From Isurus oxyrinchus (Eukaryota), in contig JANJGN010000005.1 in assembly GCA_026770705.1 (NCBI GenBank), forward strand, positions 159,340,001 to 159,404,000: a DNA stretch of 64,000 bases. The letters run 5' to 3'. The notes beneath the pieces are model-generated. The model was not told where the DNA came from, did not search any database, and saw only the letters and a program-made list of their open reading frames with translations. Of this stretch, positions 11,980 through 25,260 are shown piece after piece. Numbering within the stretch: position 1 is the stretch's first letter; each line of letters opens with the position of its first letter. Position numbers and translations under genes: made by a program.

Positions 11980-14030
11980 ACAGAACCATAGAATGGTTAC
12001 AACACAGAGGAGGCCATTTGGCTCCATCATGTCTATGACAGCTCTGTGCAAGAGAAAATCAGCTAGTTCCACTCTCCAGTCCTTTCCACTTAGCTGTGCA
12101 AATGTTTTTTCTCTTCAGGTGCTTATCCAATTTCCTTTGAAAGCCAATGTGGAATCTGCATCTACCACACTCTCAGTGCATTCTAGATCCTAACCACTCA
12201 CTGCATAAGAAGTTTTCTCACATGTCACTATAGTTATTTTTCCATTGACCTTTATATCAGTGTCCTCTGGTTCTTGACCCTTCCACCAATGGAAACAATT
12301 TCCCTCTATTTATGTCTAAATTCCTCATGATTGTGACCATTTCTATCAAATCTTCTCTTAACCTTCTCTAAGGAGAGCAGCCTGAGCTTCTCCCATCTAT
12401 TCACGTAACTGAGATCCTTCATCCCTGGAACTATTTTCATTAATCTTTTCTGCACCCTCTCGAAAGCCTTCAATCCTTCTTAAAGTCCAGTTGAGGCCCA
12501 ACCCTTGTTTTATAAAGGATTACCGAACTTCTTTGCTTTTGTACTTCGTGCTTCTACTTCTAAAGCCCAGGATCCCGTATGCCTTTTTTAAACATTTTAT
12601 CAACCCACATTCATTGATTTGTACACATTTACCCCCAAGCCCCTCTGCTCCTGGACCCTTTATTTTATATTGCTTCTCCTCATTCTTCCTACCAAATTTA
12701 TTACTTCACACTTCTCTGCATTACGTTTCATCTGTCTTTTGCCCACCCATTTGAACCAGCCTGTCTTTGCCCTCTTTAAGTTTATCACTATCCTCCTCAC
12801 AGTGCACAACTCTTCCAACTTTTGTGTCATCTGCAAGTTTTGAAATTGTGTCCTGCACCCCTAAGTCTAGGTCTATTAATATAGATCAAGAAAGGTCTTA
12901 GTAATGATCCCTGGGGAGCCCCACTGTATACAGTCTGAAAAACAACCATTCACCTCTACCCTGTTTCCTCTTACTCAGCCAATTTTGTATCTATGCAGCC
13001 ACTGTCCCTTTTACTCCATGACTTCAAATTTACTGACAAGCCTATTATGTGGCATTATGTATACCACATCAACTGCATTACCCTTATCAACCCTCTCCAT
13101 TACCTCATAAAATACTCAATCAAGTTAGTTAAACTGGATTTGCCTTTAATAAATTCATGCAAGGCTTCCTTAATTAATCTGCAATTGTCCATGTAACTGT
13201 TAATTTTGTCCTGGATTATTGTTTCTAAAAGCTTTTCCACCACCAAGGGTAAACTTACTCGACTATAGTTGTTGGGTTTATCTTTACACCCTTTTTTTGA
13301 ACAGGGGTGTAACATTTGCAATTCTCAAGTGCTTTGGCACCATCCCTATTACTAAGGAGAACTGGAAAATCATTGCCAGTGCATCTGAAATTTTCTCCCT
13401 TACTGCCCTCAGCATTTTTGGATGCATCTCATCTGATTCTGGTTACTTATCAACTGTAAGTACAGCCAGCCTTTCTATTACAAATTTTTACCCCAGCAAT
13501 GTCTCATTTACCTCTTCTTTCACTATGACTTGGACAGTATTTTCTTCATTGGTAAAGACAGTGGCAAAGCATTCATTTACTACATCATTTGCGCCCTCTA
13601 CCTCCATGCGTAGATCCCCTTTGAACCAACCCCTCCCCTTACTACCTTTTTACTATTTATATGCCTATAAATAACTTTTGGATTCTCTTTTAGGTTAACT
13701 GTCAAACTCTTCTCGTATTTGTTTGTTCCCCTCTGAACTTTCTATATTCAGCCAGGTTATCAGGTATAATATAAACATGGCATCTGTCACACACAGTCTT
13801 TTTCTGCTGCTTCATAATCTCTATCTCTTTCATCATCCAGGAAGCTCTGTTTTTGCCCCCTTGTGGTGATGTACCTCGACCATATCCAAATTATCTCCTC
13901 TTCAAAGGTAGCCCATTGTTCCTTTTATGTTTTGCCTGCCAGTCTGGGCCAAAATCTGTTCTCATCCCACTGAAATTGTCCCTCCTCCAATTAATTATTT
14001 GTACTCTAGATTGCTCCTGATCCTTAATGA
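11980..14030 (-). mobile_element. old degenerate CR1 LINE remnant(s)
   Basis: Tail agaaccatagaat at the left end; remnants KKGCKDKPNNYSRVSL and HEFIKGKSSLTNLIEYF. Confidence 0.75.
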
Positions 14031-14679
14031 GGGTTAAGGGACCTGGATCAATTTATTTGTCAGCTCACTAGGAAGGCAGCAAAGCCTGAAACACTATTGT
14101 TGTGGGCATGGTGAATTGGTCATTTTGGTGGGGTGGTGGGGAGACAGGGGGACAAAAGCTGCTCAGTTTGGGCTGTACATTGGGAGGTTGTGAGAAGTGA
14201 AATAATCGTGCTCTGTGGTGATGGAAGAGGATTACAAAGTCAATGTGCTTGTCAATGGGAACTAGGGGCCAAAATTCAAAATGTTTCATAGCTTGGTTGG
14301 AGAGTGCGGTAGTAGCACAGAGGCTGTCTGTACTTTCAAATTGCTGCTTCTAGGAGGAAACTATGGAGCACAAGTTGATTGGTTGAACTGGGAAATGTCA
14401 TGGTCAGTTCCAGTTCTGTTCAATTACAAAGATACAAAGATGAATGGAGAATGAGTAAAATTCTGAAGGCATATGTTCAGTAACTTGTGGACCATGCAGA
14501 TACTAAAAGATACCAGAGGTACAGAATGAGCTGGAAAGCTGTCTTAGTGTCTGCCCAAGGGATCAGATGGGGTCTGAAAGAATTGACACACATTTCATTT
14601 TATTCCCAGACTTTAAAACATACCTAGTTTATTTACTTATATAGTTCTTTGCAGAGAACAACTAGCAATTGCATAATAA

Positions 14680-16000
14680 AACGCCTGAAGGTCTTAAAGA
14701 AGGACAGAAAGTTAAAGAGACGGCGAGGTTTAGGAAGGAACCAAATCACAGAATCATTAAGGGTGCAGAAGGAGACCATTCAGCCCATCGTGCCCATGCC
14801 TGCTCTATAGAGCAATCCATCAGCTCCATTCCCTCGCTCTATCCCCATAGCTCTCCAAGTTGATTTCCTTCCAGTGCCCGTCCAATTTCCTTTTGAAATC
14901 ATTCATTGTCTCCACATCTACCAACCATATAGGAAGCAAGTTCTAGGTTATTACCACTTGCTGCACAAGAAAGTTCTTTCGCACATGTCCCTTACATCTC
15001 TTACATCTATGCCTCCTAGCCCTTGTGCCATCAGCTAATGGGAACAGCTTTTCTTTGTCTACCTATCCAAACCTGTCATAATCCTGTAAAATGTTGATTT
15101 AATAATGTAGGCACTTAGGGCCTAGGCAGCTGAAGGCACAGCTATCAATGATAGAGTAATGAAAATTGCATAGGAGGTCAGAATTGGAGGAGTGCAGAGA
15201 GTTCACAAGGTAATGGGGTAGAGATAGGAAGAGGCAAGGTCAAGGTGGGATTTGAAAATAAGGATGAGGATTTTAAAATCAAGGCATTGATGGATTGTGT
15301 TGGTCAATAAGTACAGGGTGATGGGTGAACAGGTCTTGGTGCAGTTAGGATATAGATAGTAGAGTTTTGGATGAGCACAGGTTTACAGAGGCTGGCCAGG
15401 AAAACATTGAAATAGTTGAATCTAGATGTAGCAAAGGCAATAGATGAAGATTTCAGCAATGAAAGCAGTTTATACTTATATAGAACCTTATAGTGTAATA
15501 AAGGCGCCTCACAGGAGTGTCACAAAGCAAAATTTGACATCAAGCCCAATTGAAGCTACTGGGACAGATGACGAAAATCCTGGTCCAAAAGGAGTGCCTT
15601 ATAGGAGAAAAGAGAGGTAGAGAGAAGGAGAGATTTAGAGAGGGAATCCCAGAGCTGAGGATCTTGGTAGTGAGGATGCAACCACCAATGATGGAACAAT
15701 TAAAATTGGAAGTATTCAAGAGGCTAGAATTAAAGGAGTGTAGATATGTAGGAGAGCTGTGGGGCTGGAGGAGATTACAGAGATAGGGAAGGGCAAGGCC
15801 ATAGAAGGATTTAAAAATATGAATGGGAATTTTATAATCGAGGCATTCCTTAACTGGGAGCCAGTGTAGTTCAGCGAGCACATGTGAATGGGACTTGAAG
15901 TAGGTGAGGACATGGGATGACCTCAGTTTATGAAGGGTACAAGAGAAGCCAGGAGTGCATCGAATAGTCAGGCCAGAGGTAACAAAGGCATAGAGGAGCA
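14680..16000 (-). mobile_element. L2-like LINE remnants with a CR1 3' fragment at ~14745-15090
   Basis: LAELHWLPVKECLDYKI resembles the L2 ORF2 C-terminus; CR1-type tail cacagaatcattaa. Confidence 0.6.
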
Positions 16001-16709
16001 TCCTACACTTATTCCCCTGTTGGCAGAGGCTCACTTGGCTCTGGCTCCGGGCCCTGTGAGATATGCCTATAACTGCATCTGGATCTGATTTCAGCTGAGG
16101 TGGGTTTACACCCTGAGAGTGGCTGGCACTGGTGGGCAGTAGCCCAGACTCATGTGTGTGTTTCTGTGTGCCCCTCCCATCCCAATTGTGGAGAGCAGTG
16201 GTAGGGTATTATCGTGCCTGTTTTATTAAATTCTGTTTGGTACTTTGAACTGATATTTCTAAAAAGTTGACATAAAGCAGAATTGTAAGATGTTATTTAT
16301 CCTGCACGGTGAGGAAACACTCATCCAGATTGTCACTGAAGTTCAGTTGGCTTATAATTGAAATTCTTGATTAGATTACAACATTGAATCCCGTTCCTTA
16401 TTGAACATTTTCTGTACATTTACATCCATGCTCTTTCCCTTTCGCCCTCTGATTTCTGTTTCATTGCATCAAATAGTTGGAATTTGAGATGAATGTGATC
16501 TTAGTTTATTATTGTAAATTGGGAACTGTATTTAGAATCCAAATTTGAGAGAAAATACCAAAAACACTAAGGAAGAATGGTATCCTGAACTCATGTGCAA
16601 ATGAAAAAGGAGTTTCTGAAAATCAAAAAGTTGCCCCTGAAACCCAAAAATAGCCCTCAAGAAAATCTCAAGAACTGGGGGATGGTTGGGTTGGTTTATG
16701 TTGACCCTG

Positions 16710-17225
16710 TGTTAAACCTCAGTTCACCCAATTCTAGGCACCACATTTTAGGAAGGATATTTCAAGGTCTTGGAGATGATGCACAGGAGATTTCTTTGAA
16801 TGATACCATGGATGAGGAGCTTCAGTTATGTGGTGAGACTGGAAAAGCTAGAATTGTTCTCCTTGGAGCTGGGAAGATGAAGGGGAGATTTAGTAGAGGC
16901 GTTTAAAATCATGAAGGGTTTTGATAGAGTAAATAAGGCGAAACTGTTTCCGGAGGCCATGTATTGAAGCTAATTGGCAAAAGAAAATGGTGAGATGAGA
17001 CACATGTTTTTATGCAGCAAGTTATCATAATTTGAAATACACTGCACAAAGGTTGGAGGAAGCAGGTGCAATAGTAACTTTCAAAGGGGAATTGTATAAA
17101 TATTTGAAGGGAAGAAAATTTTGAGAGCTGCTGGAAAAGTGCTTGAAAGTAGGAATAATTGGATATCTCATTCAAAGCAATGGAATATCATCGTCCTAAG
17201 CTGTAAAATTCTATTATTCTATGAT
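16710..17225 (+). mobile_element. degenerate CR1 3' fragment
   Basis: ttctaggcaccacattttaggaaggatat and ggggagatttagtagaggcgtttaaaatcatgaagggttttgatagagt are CR1 3' motifs; tail ttctattattctatg. Confidence 0.7.
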
Positions 17226-19105
17226 AGTGGACAGAGTATTCAACTGCAAGTAGAGTCAACCATTTTTGATTTAACTACTAATCTGTATATTAATTACTGT
17301 TGGTTGACCACTGACACATGACTTTTAAAGTTCAAAAACTTACCAAGGTTAAATTTTGCCACCTTTGTTATGGGTTTTCCCACAGATTGTATGACATAGG
17401 AATTTTCAGGACATTTTGAAATGGAAGGCTGCACATCATTCAATAATTTTAATGGACAATAGGAAATTTTCTTTTCAGATGTTGTGATTAGCAAGTGCAA
17501 GAGGATTAACCAATCCTTAAAATGTAATAAAGTTCAATTCTTGTAATAGATTAATTGTATTAGATCAGAATGTCAGCTGGAGCTGTTAATTATTTAGAAT
17601 GATGTGTCAAATTGAGAAGATGAGTGTCACTGAGAAATTGAGCTTTTTAGCTCAATTTAATCAAGATTAGCATTTGCTATCTGGGTGTTTTGCACTGAAG
17701 AATTCAAGTATGACAGGTTTGTTAATGCTGCACATAACTGTACTGCTAACACACACAGGCACAGAAGACAAAACTCTGGGTGTGTATAAGCCATGACCAT
17801 ATGGTGAATTATCAATTCCAGCAGATTGAATCTTGACCGAGATGTGGATTGTGTGGTTCCATATTAGCTATGTACACCTGCCTGAAATCTATTAGAAAGA
17901 AGCACTGCCTAGGATCAGAGTGAAGCTGGACAATTTGGCTGGATTTTTCTGCATTTCCTGCATTGCAATCATTTCATTTGCAGCGCAGGATCATGATCAT
18001 TGAAAGACCCTCTAGCTGTAACCGAGCAAAAGTGCAGGACAGCCGATGCAGCAGAACATAAGTTAATGGAGCAAACGCTCTGCCACCTGACCCTTTTGAT
18101 TATTTAAAAGTTAGGGTTATCAATAAGTGCAGACCTTCAAGGACAAGGTGAAGTTTTCTTTGCTTAGACCCCTTCCATCTTTTGCACTGCTGTCCCATGG
18201 TCTGCTGCCACCTCTCTCTCGGGGATTCCCGGTGTCGCCATTAGTAGCGGTGTGGAAATTGGGAAGGTTCCTATGTCCTGCTCCTTCCATCATTTAAATG
18301 CACCACAGTAAACAAATTTTAAGAGACTGTATCCTTGGGACAGAGGAGGGAAAAAAAATACTGCTGCTCTGGTAGAGTTTGGAATGTGATGGTGGGGCTC
18401 ACAACCCTTCTAGTGTTAATTTTGCATGGTATAGCAGAAAAAAGTCTAGCATAGTGTGCCAGGCAACTGGACCAAAGAAAGGAAAGAAAGAAGATATTTT
18501 TAAAAGGCATGCACATATAGCAATTTGATTTAAATTAGCATGCTGCTCAGATGCAGCAAATTATTTTAGATAGTACAGAAAATGTAGAACTTGTAGAAAA
18601 AACACTACCTGTAAATTTCAGCTTTACAAATAGATAATAACCAGTAATTACAATGATATAAATTCATCATATTTGTTTTGAAATGACCCAAATTAGTTTT
18701 AACATTTACAATCGATTAATGCAGGAGTTCCCAGTGCAGCACACATTGCTCTTTGATATGTGAATATTTCTAAGTGTTTTTCTTTTCCCTATTAATTATA
18801 GATATGGCAATTACAATACTAGCTTAAACTCATGTTTGTCCTTTTATTCACAATGTCTCATGGGTGTAAAATTTCATTTATCAAAATCAAACCTGAAGAT
18901 AGTAGTGTAGTATAAGTTAATGCCATCTGCAGTGCAGCTGTTCAACAAAGGGTTTAGTTCATTGTTCAGGATTAATAGCTTTCTTGTGAAAGCTTCATAG
19001 TTCAGTTTGCCTCAACAATCAGGGGAATTGCTCAGGGATTTGAAAATTGGACTCAAATAATCATCCTTGCATGTTTCAGCTTTTAGATGCACATACATGA
19101 GTTTT

Positions 19106-19422
19106 TTGGAGGTCTTGTGTTGCAGTGGGTAATGTGCCCGCCTCTGAATCAGAAGCTACCCCTTCAAGTCCCAAATCAGGACTTGATAGCCAAGGGAGGT
19201 GTGTTCATAATGTAGCCAAACAGGTTGATTATCAGCCTGCAAATCCTTTTAACACACACCAATGACATACATTTTGAGCGGGGCAGATTCCTGGTCAGCC
19301 ATGTGATGGAAAGTAAGTTGGAGCCTCTACCATTACTATCTATAACTCCACACTACATGCATGTAAAAGTGCATGTTACTATAGCAACTCTGACTCCGAG
19401 TGATCTGTAACACATCACCATC
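19106..19422 (+). mobile_element. tRNA-derived SINE
   Basis: A-box-like tgttgcagtggg, B-box-like ttcaagtccc, cat/cac-type tail, 11-bp TSD acatgagtttt at 19095-19105 and 19423-19433. Confidence 0.65.
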
Positions 19423-20275
19423 ACATGAGTTTTGCCTGTTTGACTCCCAGTGACTTTCTGGTTTCTGCTACATCATCCTCTACATTTTCTCTAACTGGAA
19501 ACTTAAATTGTAGTTTTAAACTAATTATATTTTGTGACTATTTTGCCTGTATTTCTTTTGAAGACTTCAGTTCATAAAGTAATACCAATGGCTTGTGGAC
19601 TGCCATCTCCACTATGTAACTTACACTGTGTAATTTTCCACTGTGTGACATGTGCATTGCTTAATGCAGGGATCAGAATTTTGCAAATCTGGGAAAATAT
19701 AAGCTTTTCATGTGATAATCATTACTGTCACCACATTAACTTACAGCATTGAAAGTCAGTTTTCAACCCTGTTCTAAAATATGACCACACTGAAAACCTT
19801 GGTGTAGTTGGGATCTGTTTTCTCTATTAAATTCTGCATAATTGTTTTTTTAACTACACTATATTTTAATTTTCAAAGCAGCTTGGCAAATGTATGAAGT
19901 GCTCTAATATTTTGAAATGCAACCTCAGAAAGCTGGATTAAAAAAACAATGAATTGTGTCAATCAGCGTGTATACATAGAAGGCAGGAAGTACTGGAAGT
20001 ATATAACAGTCCAATCTGCACCTTGTATTAAAAAAAACAGGTTTTGGGATCATCCGACTTGTTTTCATAAATATTTTTTCATATAATCTAATGTTCTTCC
20101 TTCACTCACAGTACCAAGACTACATTCTGGTACATTGTTTGCAAAATTGTTTTTTATTGTAATTTTTGGTATAAGAAATTCCTTGAGGATTCTGAAAGGT
20201 GTGATGTGAAACCATTTAAACAAAAGTTTTTATGAGGTTTGCTGCTGGACCTAATTCTCTTCAATTACATTTTAG

Positions 20276-21139
20276 GCATCTATTTTGGAAAACCTCAGAC
20301 TGGCAGTACGGTCACAGCTTGGATTAACTTCTTTTCGATCCACTACATCCAGTAGGCGATCTAACCTATGGAACCGTGTCTTTAGCTTTGCAAGATCCAG
20401 GAATTCAGGGTCTCTGGCACTTGTGTCAACAGATGGAGGTGATGCAGCTGGTGAACAGAATGTTACAAGGGAAACAGAAAGGAGCAGTCTGCACAGAAGT
20501 CTTCAGGCACTCGACTCTGATGAAGCAGATAGAGATGGTGAGCAGAGAGATATGCCAGGTGCGGTTGGTGGTGTAGCAGCCCCTCTACCTCAAAAATCTG
20601 CACCAACCTCTGCAGTAGAAGCTGTTGTAGGAGCAACAGGAATTTCCGCTGGCTGCCACACTAATGTTGCTACTGAAATAGTTCCGTCACAATCGAGAAG
20701 CACAGAGCAGCCAAGCATTAGTCCAGCAAGACAGCAGTTGAGCAGTGCACTGAGCAGGGTAACTCAGAGTTTGCGCTGGGTGCGGTTTTCTATTGGGAGA
20801 TACAATTCAGGTCAGAACCAGAGTCCCTTGCGACAGCTTGATAATGGAGTGCGTGGAAGAGATGATGATGATGATGTTGAATTGTTAATTCCCATTTCTG
20901 AGGCAGCATCGGATATGGATTCGAGGGACCGTTGCAGACCAGTAACTGAGCCTGGCACCAATAGGGTACAGGGAACTAGACAACATTATATTTCAACTCC
21001 TCACAGAGAACAGTCTAATAATAGAGATGGGCCTTGTGAGCACTGTGGAATGGTTCATACAGCCCAGATACCTGAAGAGTGCCTAGAAGCAACACTGAAG
21101 GGTGAAGCCAGTGATGATGAATCCTTGCTTGTCTGCTAG
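20276..21139 (+). CDS. LRP12: LRP12 terminal coding exon (cytoplasmic tail)
   Basis: Acceptor ttttAG ending 20275; ASILENLRLAVRSQLG, RNSGSLALVS, ALSRVTQSLRWVRF, DDDDDVELLIP, CEHCGMVHTAQIP, SDDESLLVC* match the LRP12 C-terminus. Confidence 0.95.
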   Translation, partial: ASILENLRLAVRSQLGLTSFRSTTSSRRSNLWNRVFSFARSRNSGSLALVSTDGGDAAGEQNVTRETERSSLHRSLQALDSDEADRDGEQRDMPGAVGGVAAPLPQKSAPTSAVEAVVGATGISAGCHTNVATEIVPSQSRSTEQPSISPARQQLSSALSRVTQSLRWVRFSIGRYNSGQNQSPLRQLDNGVRGRDDDDDVELLIPISEAASDMDSRDRCRPVTEPGTNRVQGTRQHYISTPHREQSNNRDGPCEHCGMVHTAQIPEECLEATLKGEASDDESLLVC

Positions 21140-21388
21140 ATGTGCAATACATCGACTAATTTTATTTATGCTCCTGTCGGTACAGTGCATATTGTGAGTT
21201 TTAAGTTCTTTTGGTACTTGAAAAGGAAACCGGATTTGTCTGACTGTGCGATACAATATTTATTATATTTTACTTTGATTTATGGGAGTCAACTAAGTGC
21301 ATGGTAACATGTCCCATGCAGTTTTTTTTGGTTTGTATCATGCATTCAAGATATGTACGTATAAATTTGTTTTAAAATGTGGAATGAA

Positions 21389-21567
21389 AATAAATTATAA
21401 CTTAAGTTTCTGCATTTACACTTCCTTTTCCTAGCTGTTTCTAAAATATTGTCTTTATTTATTCCTTTTGTCATAAATAGCATGTTTTATGATTTTTAAC
21501 TATTAGACTTGTTAGGTGCCCTGAAAACTGAGTCTGGAACGTGAAGAATAATGTAAACACAAATAAA
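21389..21567 (+). terminator. candidate LRP12 polyadenylation signals (AATAAA at 21389 and 21562)
   Basis: Canonical hexamers in AT-rich sequence 250-430 bp after the stop codon. Confidence 0.4.
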
Positions 21568-24103
21568 AATCCACTTTTACAGTAACAAAAGTTTTTTTTT
21601 ACTACTGCTATCCTTTTCTATTTTCCTCCATGCGTCAAGAGAACTAACTCCACAGAAGGTGCAATATTTGTTCAGGTGCCTTCTATCAATCATGATTCTG
21701 AAGCATTATTTTTACTTGAATAACTTGAGATATTTTGACTTATCTTAACAATGACTTCCTGATAGAGTCATGCCATTTGAAGAGGGGCATGTGATGCTAT
21801 ACATAAATGAATATTCTGCCTAAAATATTTGATATAGCTGCTTCTGGGGACTCCTGGCAAACTTTCTCAGTAACATTTTTAAATAGTAAATAGAGTTTTT
21901 TTAAACTCATTTTATTTTTTGGATTCGTTGCAACTTAGCTCAAGAATGGCAGTCAGCCAGGATACTATTGGGAAAAAAATGGACTGATAAATGAACTTCT
22001 TGGTGCACTTGAGAATTTAATCCTACCACTTTGCATGTTCTGAGTGAGCTAAAGTATTCAGTTCACATTTCCATCCTTGGGTTTACTGTTGCTGTTGAGC
22101 AAGGATCACATTATTTGCAAATGAAAATTATCAAGAATTATCAAACAGTGAATCTAATAATTTTCCAATGTTCCCCATCATGCCCTGCACCCAGTTCAGG
22201 GCAAGAACTGGCCTGAATTGATTGAGCGATATCCAAGATTCTGTTATTTTTGCTTTGAATTTAGCTCCACTGCTAGGTGTTAAAAGCAGTTGGGCATTTA
22301 CCCTCCAGATGGTTGGATGCGAAGACTTGTCTCTGGACTTCAGGGAACTTTGGAAGTTGTTTGAACACAGATCAACATCATTGAATCAAACTGTGTTTGC
22401 TTTACCAATGATGCTTTGCTTCCAGCACTGTATATGAAAACGTCTGAGGAGCCTGGAGTTTTTCTTCCTTTAGAGAAGTCAAGACTTCTGTTGATCCCTC
22501 CCCAGGATGGATCAGTCAAAATTGGAATTGTCAGTGCCATTCTCTACAGCATGTTGCACTAATGACCTAATATTCTGTGTCCCTTCACCATTTGCACCCC
22601 CCTGGGGTTGTAACCTGTATGGAATAACAAACCATACTCTGAGCATTCAATATTAGATTGAACACATCTACAACCTAATGCCAGTTTTTTTGATTGCTGC
22701 ATAGAACAAGTCAGATTGGATTTGGAATTTGACAAAATGCAATTTTTTTTGGGAGGGTGAGTTGATGAAATCAAGTTGACAGGAAAGTGTGTTGTATAAA
22801 AACAAAATCTTGGATCATTTTCAGTTGTCTAATTAAGATTGCTTGATTATAAAATCTAAGTGGGCTTGTTGCTAGATCAGTGCTCCCAAGATGTCCTGGT
22901 CCTGTTAATGTGATTACTGTTCCATCCCATTTACACCATACAAACCAATACAAAAAGGACTGATTATTTCCCTAGGCTGCTAGCACTCTGTAATCTCCAG
23001 GTTGACATTGCACAATGGATTTGGAGCATTGGTGGCAACACCTCTAATGCAATTGTCAGGCCTGAAATTAGATCATAAAATCGTATAGCACTGAGAGAAA
23101 ACGATTCAGCTCATCGTACTTGTGTTGCCTGTCTGAAATTGCTATCAATTAATCCTACCATTTTTCTACCTCATTCTACTTGATTAGTCTTTTCCTTCAT
23201 AACAGAAGCTGTTATGAACACTAAGCTTGAATTTATCCTCTCACATTGTCTAGCCGACAGCTGCTGGCAATTCAGTCTTTAAAACCCTGGCAACTTAGAT
23301 CTTTTTGAGCTTATGTTTATTTGTTGGTTTAAAATTTGTCAGACTAAAGTTTTGGAAAGGGCTGATTTAGTACTGTTACATCATAGACACATTCTAAATC
23401 CGAAGACTCCAGTCTTGTAGCAGCAGTGTGATATATATTTAAATTAGCTTAACTCTATGCTGGTAGAGTTGCCTTGGGTGCAATTGGTGATTCAGGTGCA
23501 AATTGCACTCAGTTTGGGAAGGTTTTTTTTCCCCCCTCTGGTTTCTGCGCTCATTTGCATATCACACAAATCTGCCATGAGCCAGCACAATTAGGTAGCA
23601 TTTTAGAATTTGTTTTAATATAATATATTTTTAAAATATAATATATCCCTTTTTAATAGGAGTGGCTGTGTTTTGATTAATACAGCATTTTAGTGGACTG
23701 CAGAACAGTTGGACGACTGGGCACATTGTGCAATCTCCTTGCTAAAGCTCACTGTGGAGCAGTCACTGTGGAAGGGCTCACAGCCCCTTGCACTGTTATC
23801 ATCCCGTTTTGGATCAGTCTCCCCCATGGTTCAAGCTAACAGTGCAGCCACGTAGCTTGGGTTAGGGGAATGCCTGTGTCCAAACTGAGAGCACAGCATG
23901 CAGTCCAATGGGCAAGGTTGCCCATTGGGTGGAATGGTGCGGAGGAGGGTGGGGTTTCAGGCAGCTACGCAGTGCACTAATCTCTAGCCATCCAAGTGGT
24001 GACCAGCACTCTCTGGGATGCGTGAAGGGGCCTTCAAACTTAACCAAGGCAGGTTCTTAGTACACCCATGCTAACCCACGCATCTCTCTCTTTCATCCTG
24101 CAG

Positions 24104-25260
24104 GAGGAGTACATCAGGAGCATGAAGCCTGGTGACCTAGCTGTGTGCCTCATGGCATACAGAGAGCAGAGATGACTGAGAAGAGAGCGACTGAGACACC
24201 AGGCTGTACAGAGGGAGGAGCAGCATCCTCTGGAAGAAGGTGTGGCTGGGGCTCCTGCACACGCCGCAGAAGAGCCTCAGCAAGCCATCGCTGACCAGCG
24301 CCTAGCCAAACCCAGAGTCTATAGACACTGCCTTTCATTTCTGCAGATGACCAAGAACCAGTCTCAGGAACTAGTCGGTCACACCTGCAAGCTACTGCAG
24401 GATTTGGTGGCACGGGGACGTGGAGGTCATCTATTGCCAGTGGCTGTGAACGTGACCGTAGCTCTCAATTTCAATGGCAGTGGCACCTTTCAGGACTCCA
24501 CAGGTGACCTCTGTGGGATGTTACAAACCTCCACCCACAAATGCATCCATGAGGTCACGGATGCCATCTTCGTGAGGGCGCACAACTTTGTGCAATTCAC
24601 CCGGGACCAGTTAGCATGGAAAAGCAATTGGATTTGCCCAGATCTCAGGTTTCCCCACAGGCACAGGGTGCCATCGACTGTACTCATGTGGCACTCAGAT
24701 CTCCATGGCAACACTCGGTCAACTGTGTCAACCGCAAGGGATTCCATTCTCTGAATGTGCAGCTGGTGTGGATCCTGCAGGTCTGTGCACAATTTCCAGG
24801 GACTGTCCACAACTCCTACATCGTCATTTAGTCACAGATCCCTGATGTTTTCCAGGGTCCACAGAAACTGCAGGGATGGGTCCTTGGGGACAAGGGCTAC
24901 CTGCAGAGGATGTGGCTGATGACACTCCTGTGGTGGCCTCAGATTGCAGCACAACAAAGGTATAACGGGGCTCATGCTGCAACTTGCATCTTAGTGGAGC
25001 AAACCATTGGAATGCTGAAAATGAGGTTCCAGGGCCTGGACCGGCCTGGTGGAGCCCTGCAATATAACCCACAGAAGGTATCACACATTGTCGTTGTCTG
25101 CTGTGCCCTTTACAACCTGGTGCTGCAATGGGGAGAGGAGATGGAGGAGCTAGAGGTCTCCCACGCTGTGGAAGATGCCAATGGGGATGAGCGGTGAGGA
25201 GGTCCTCGCAAGCGGCGATGACAGGGATGAGGCCCTCATGCTGGCCAGATGAGGCAGGTG
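24104..25260 (+). pseudogene. HARBI1-like DDE transposase, frameshifted
   Basis: [65 protein letters not shown]. Confidence 0.9.

Noticed and set aside
21570-23750. Repeat-poor region as an extended LRP12 3' UTR or conserved element
   Set aside because: Plausible but cannot be supported without transcript or conservation data
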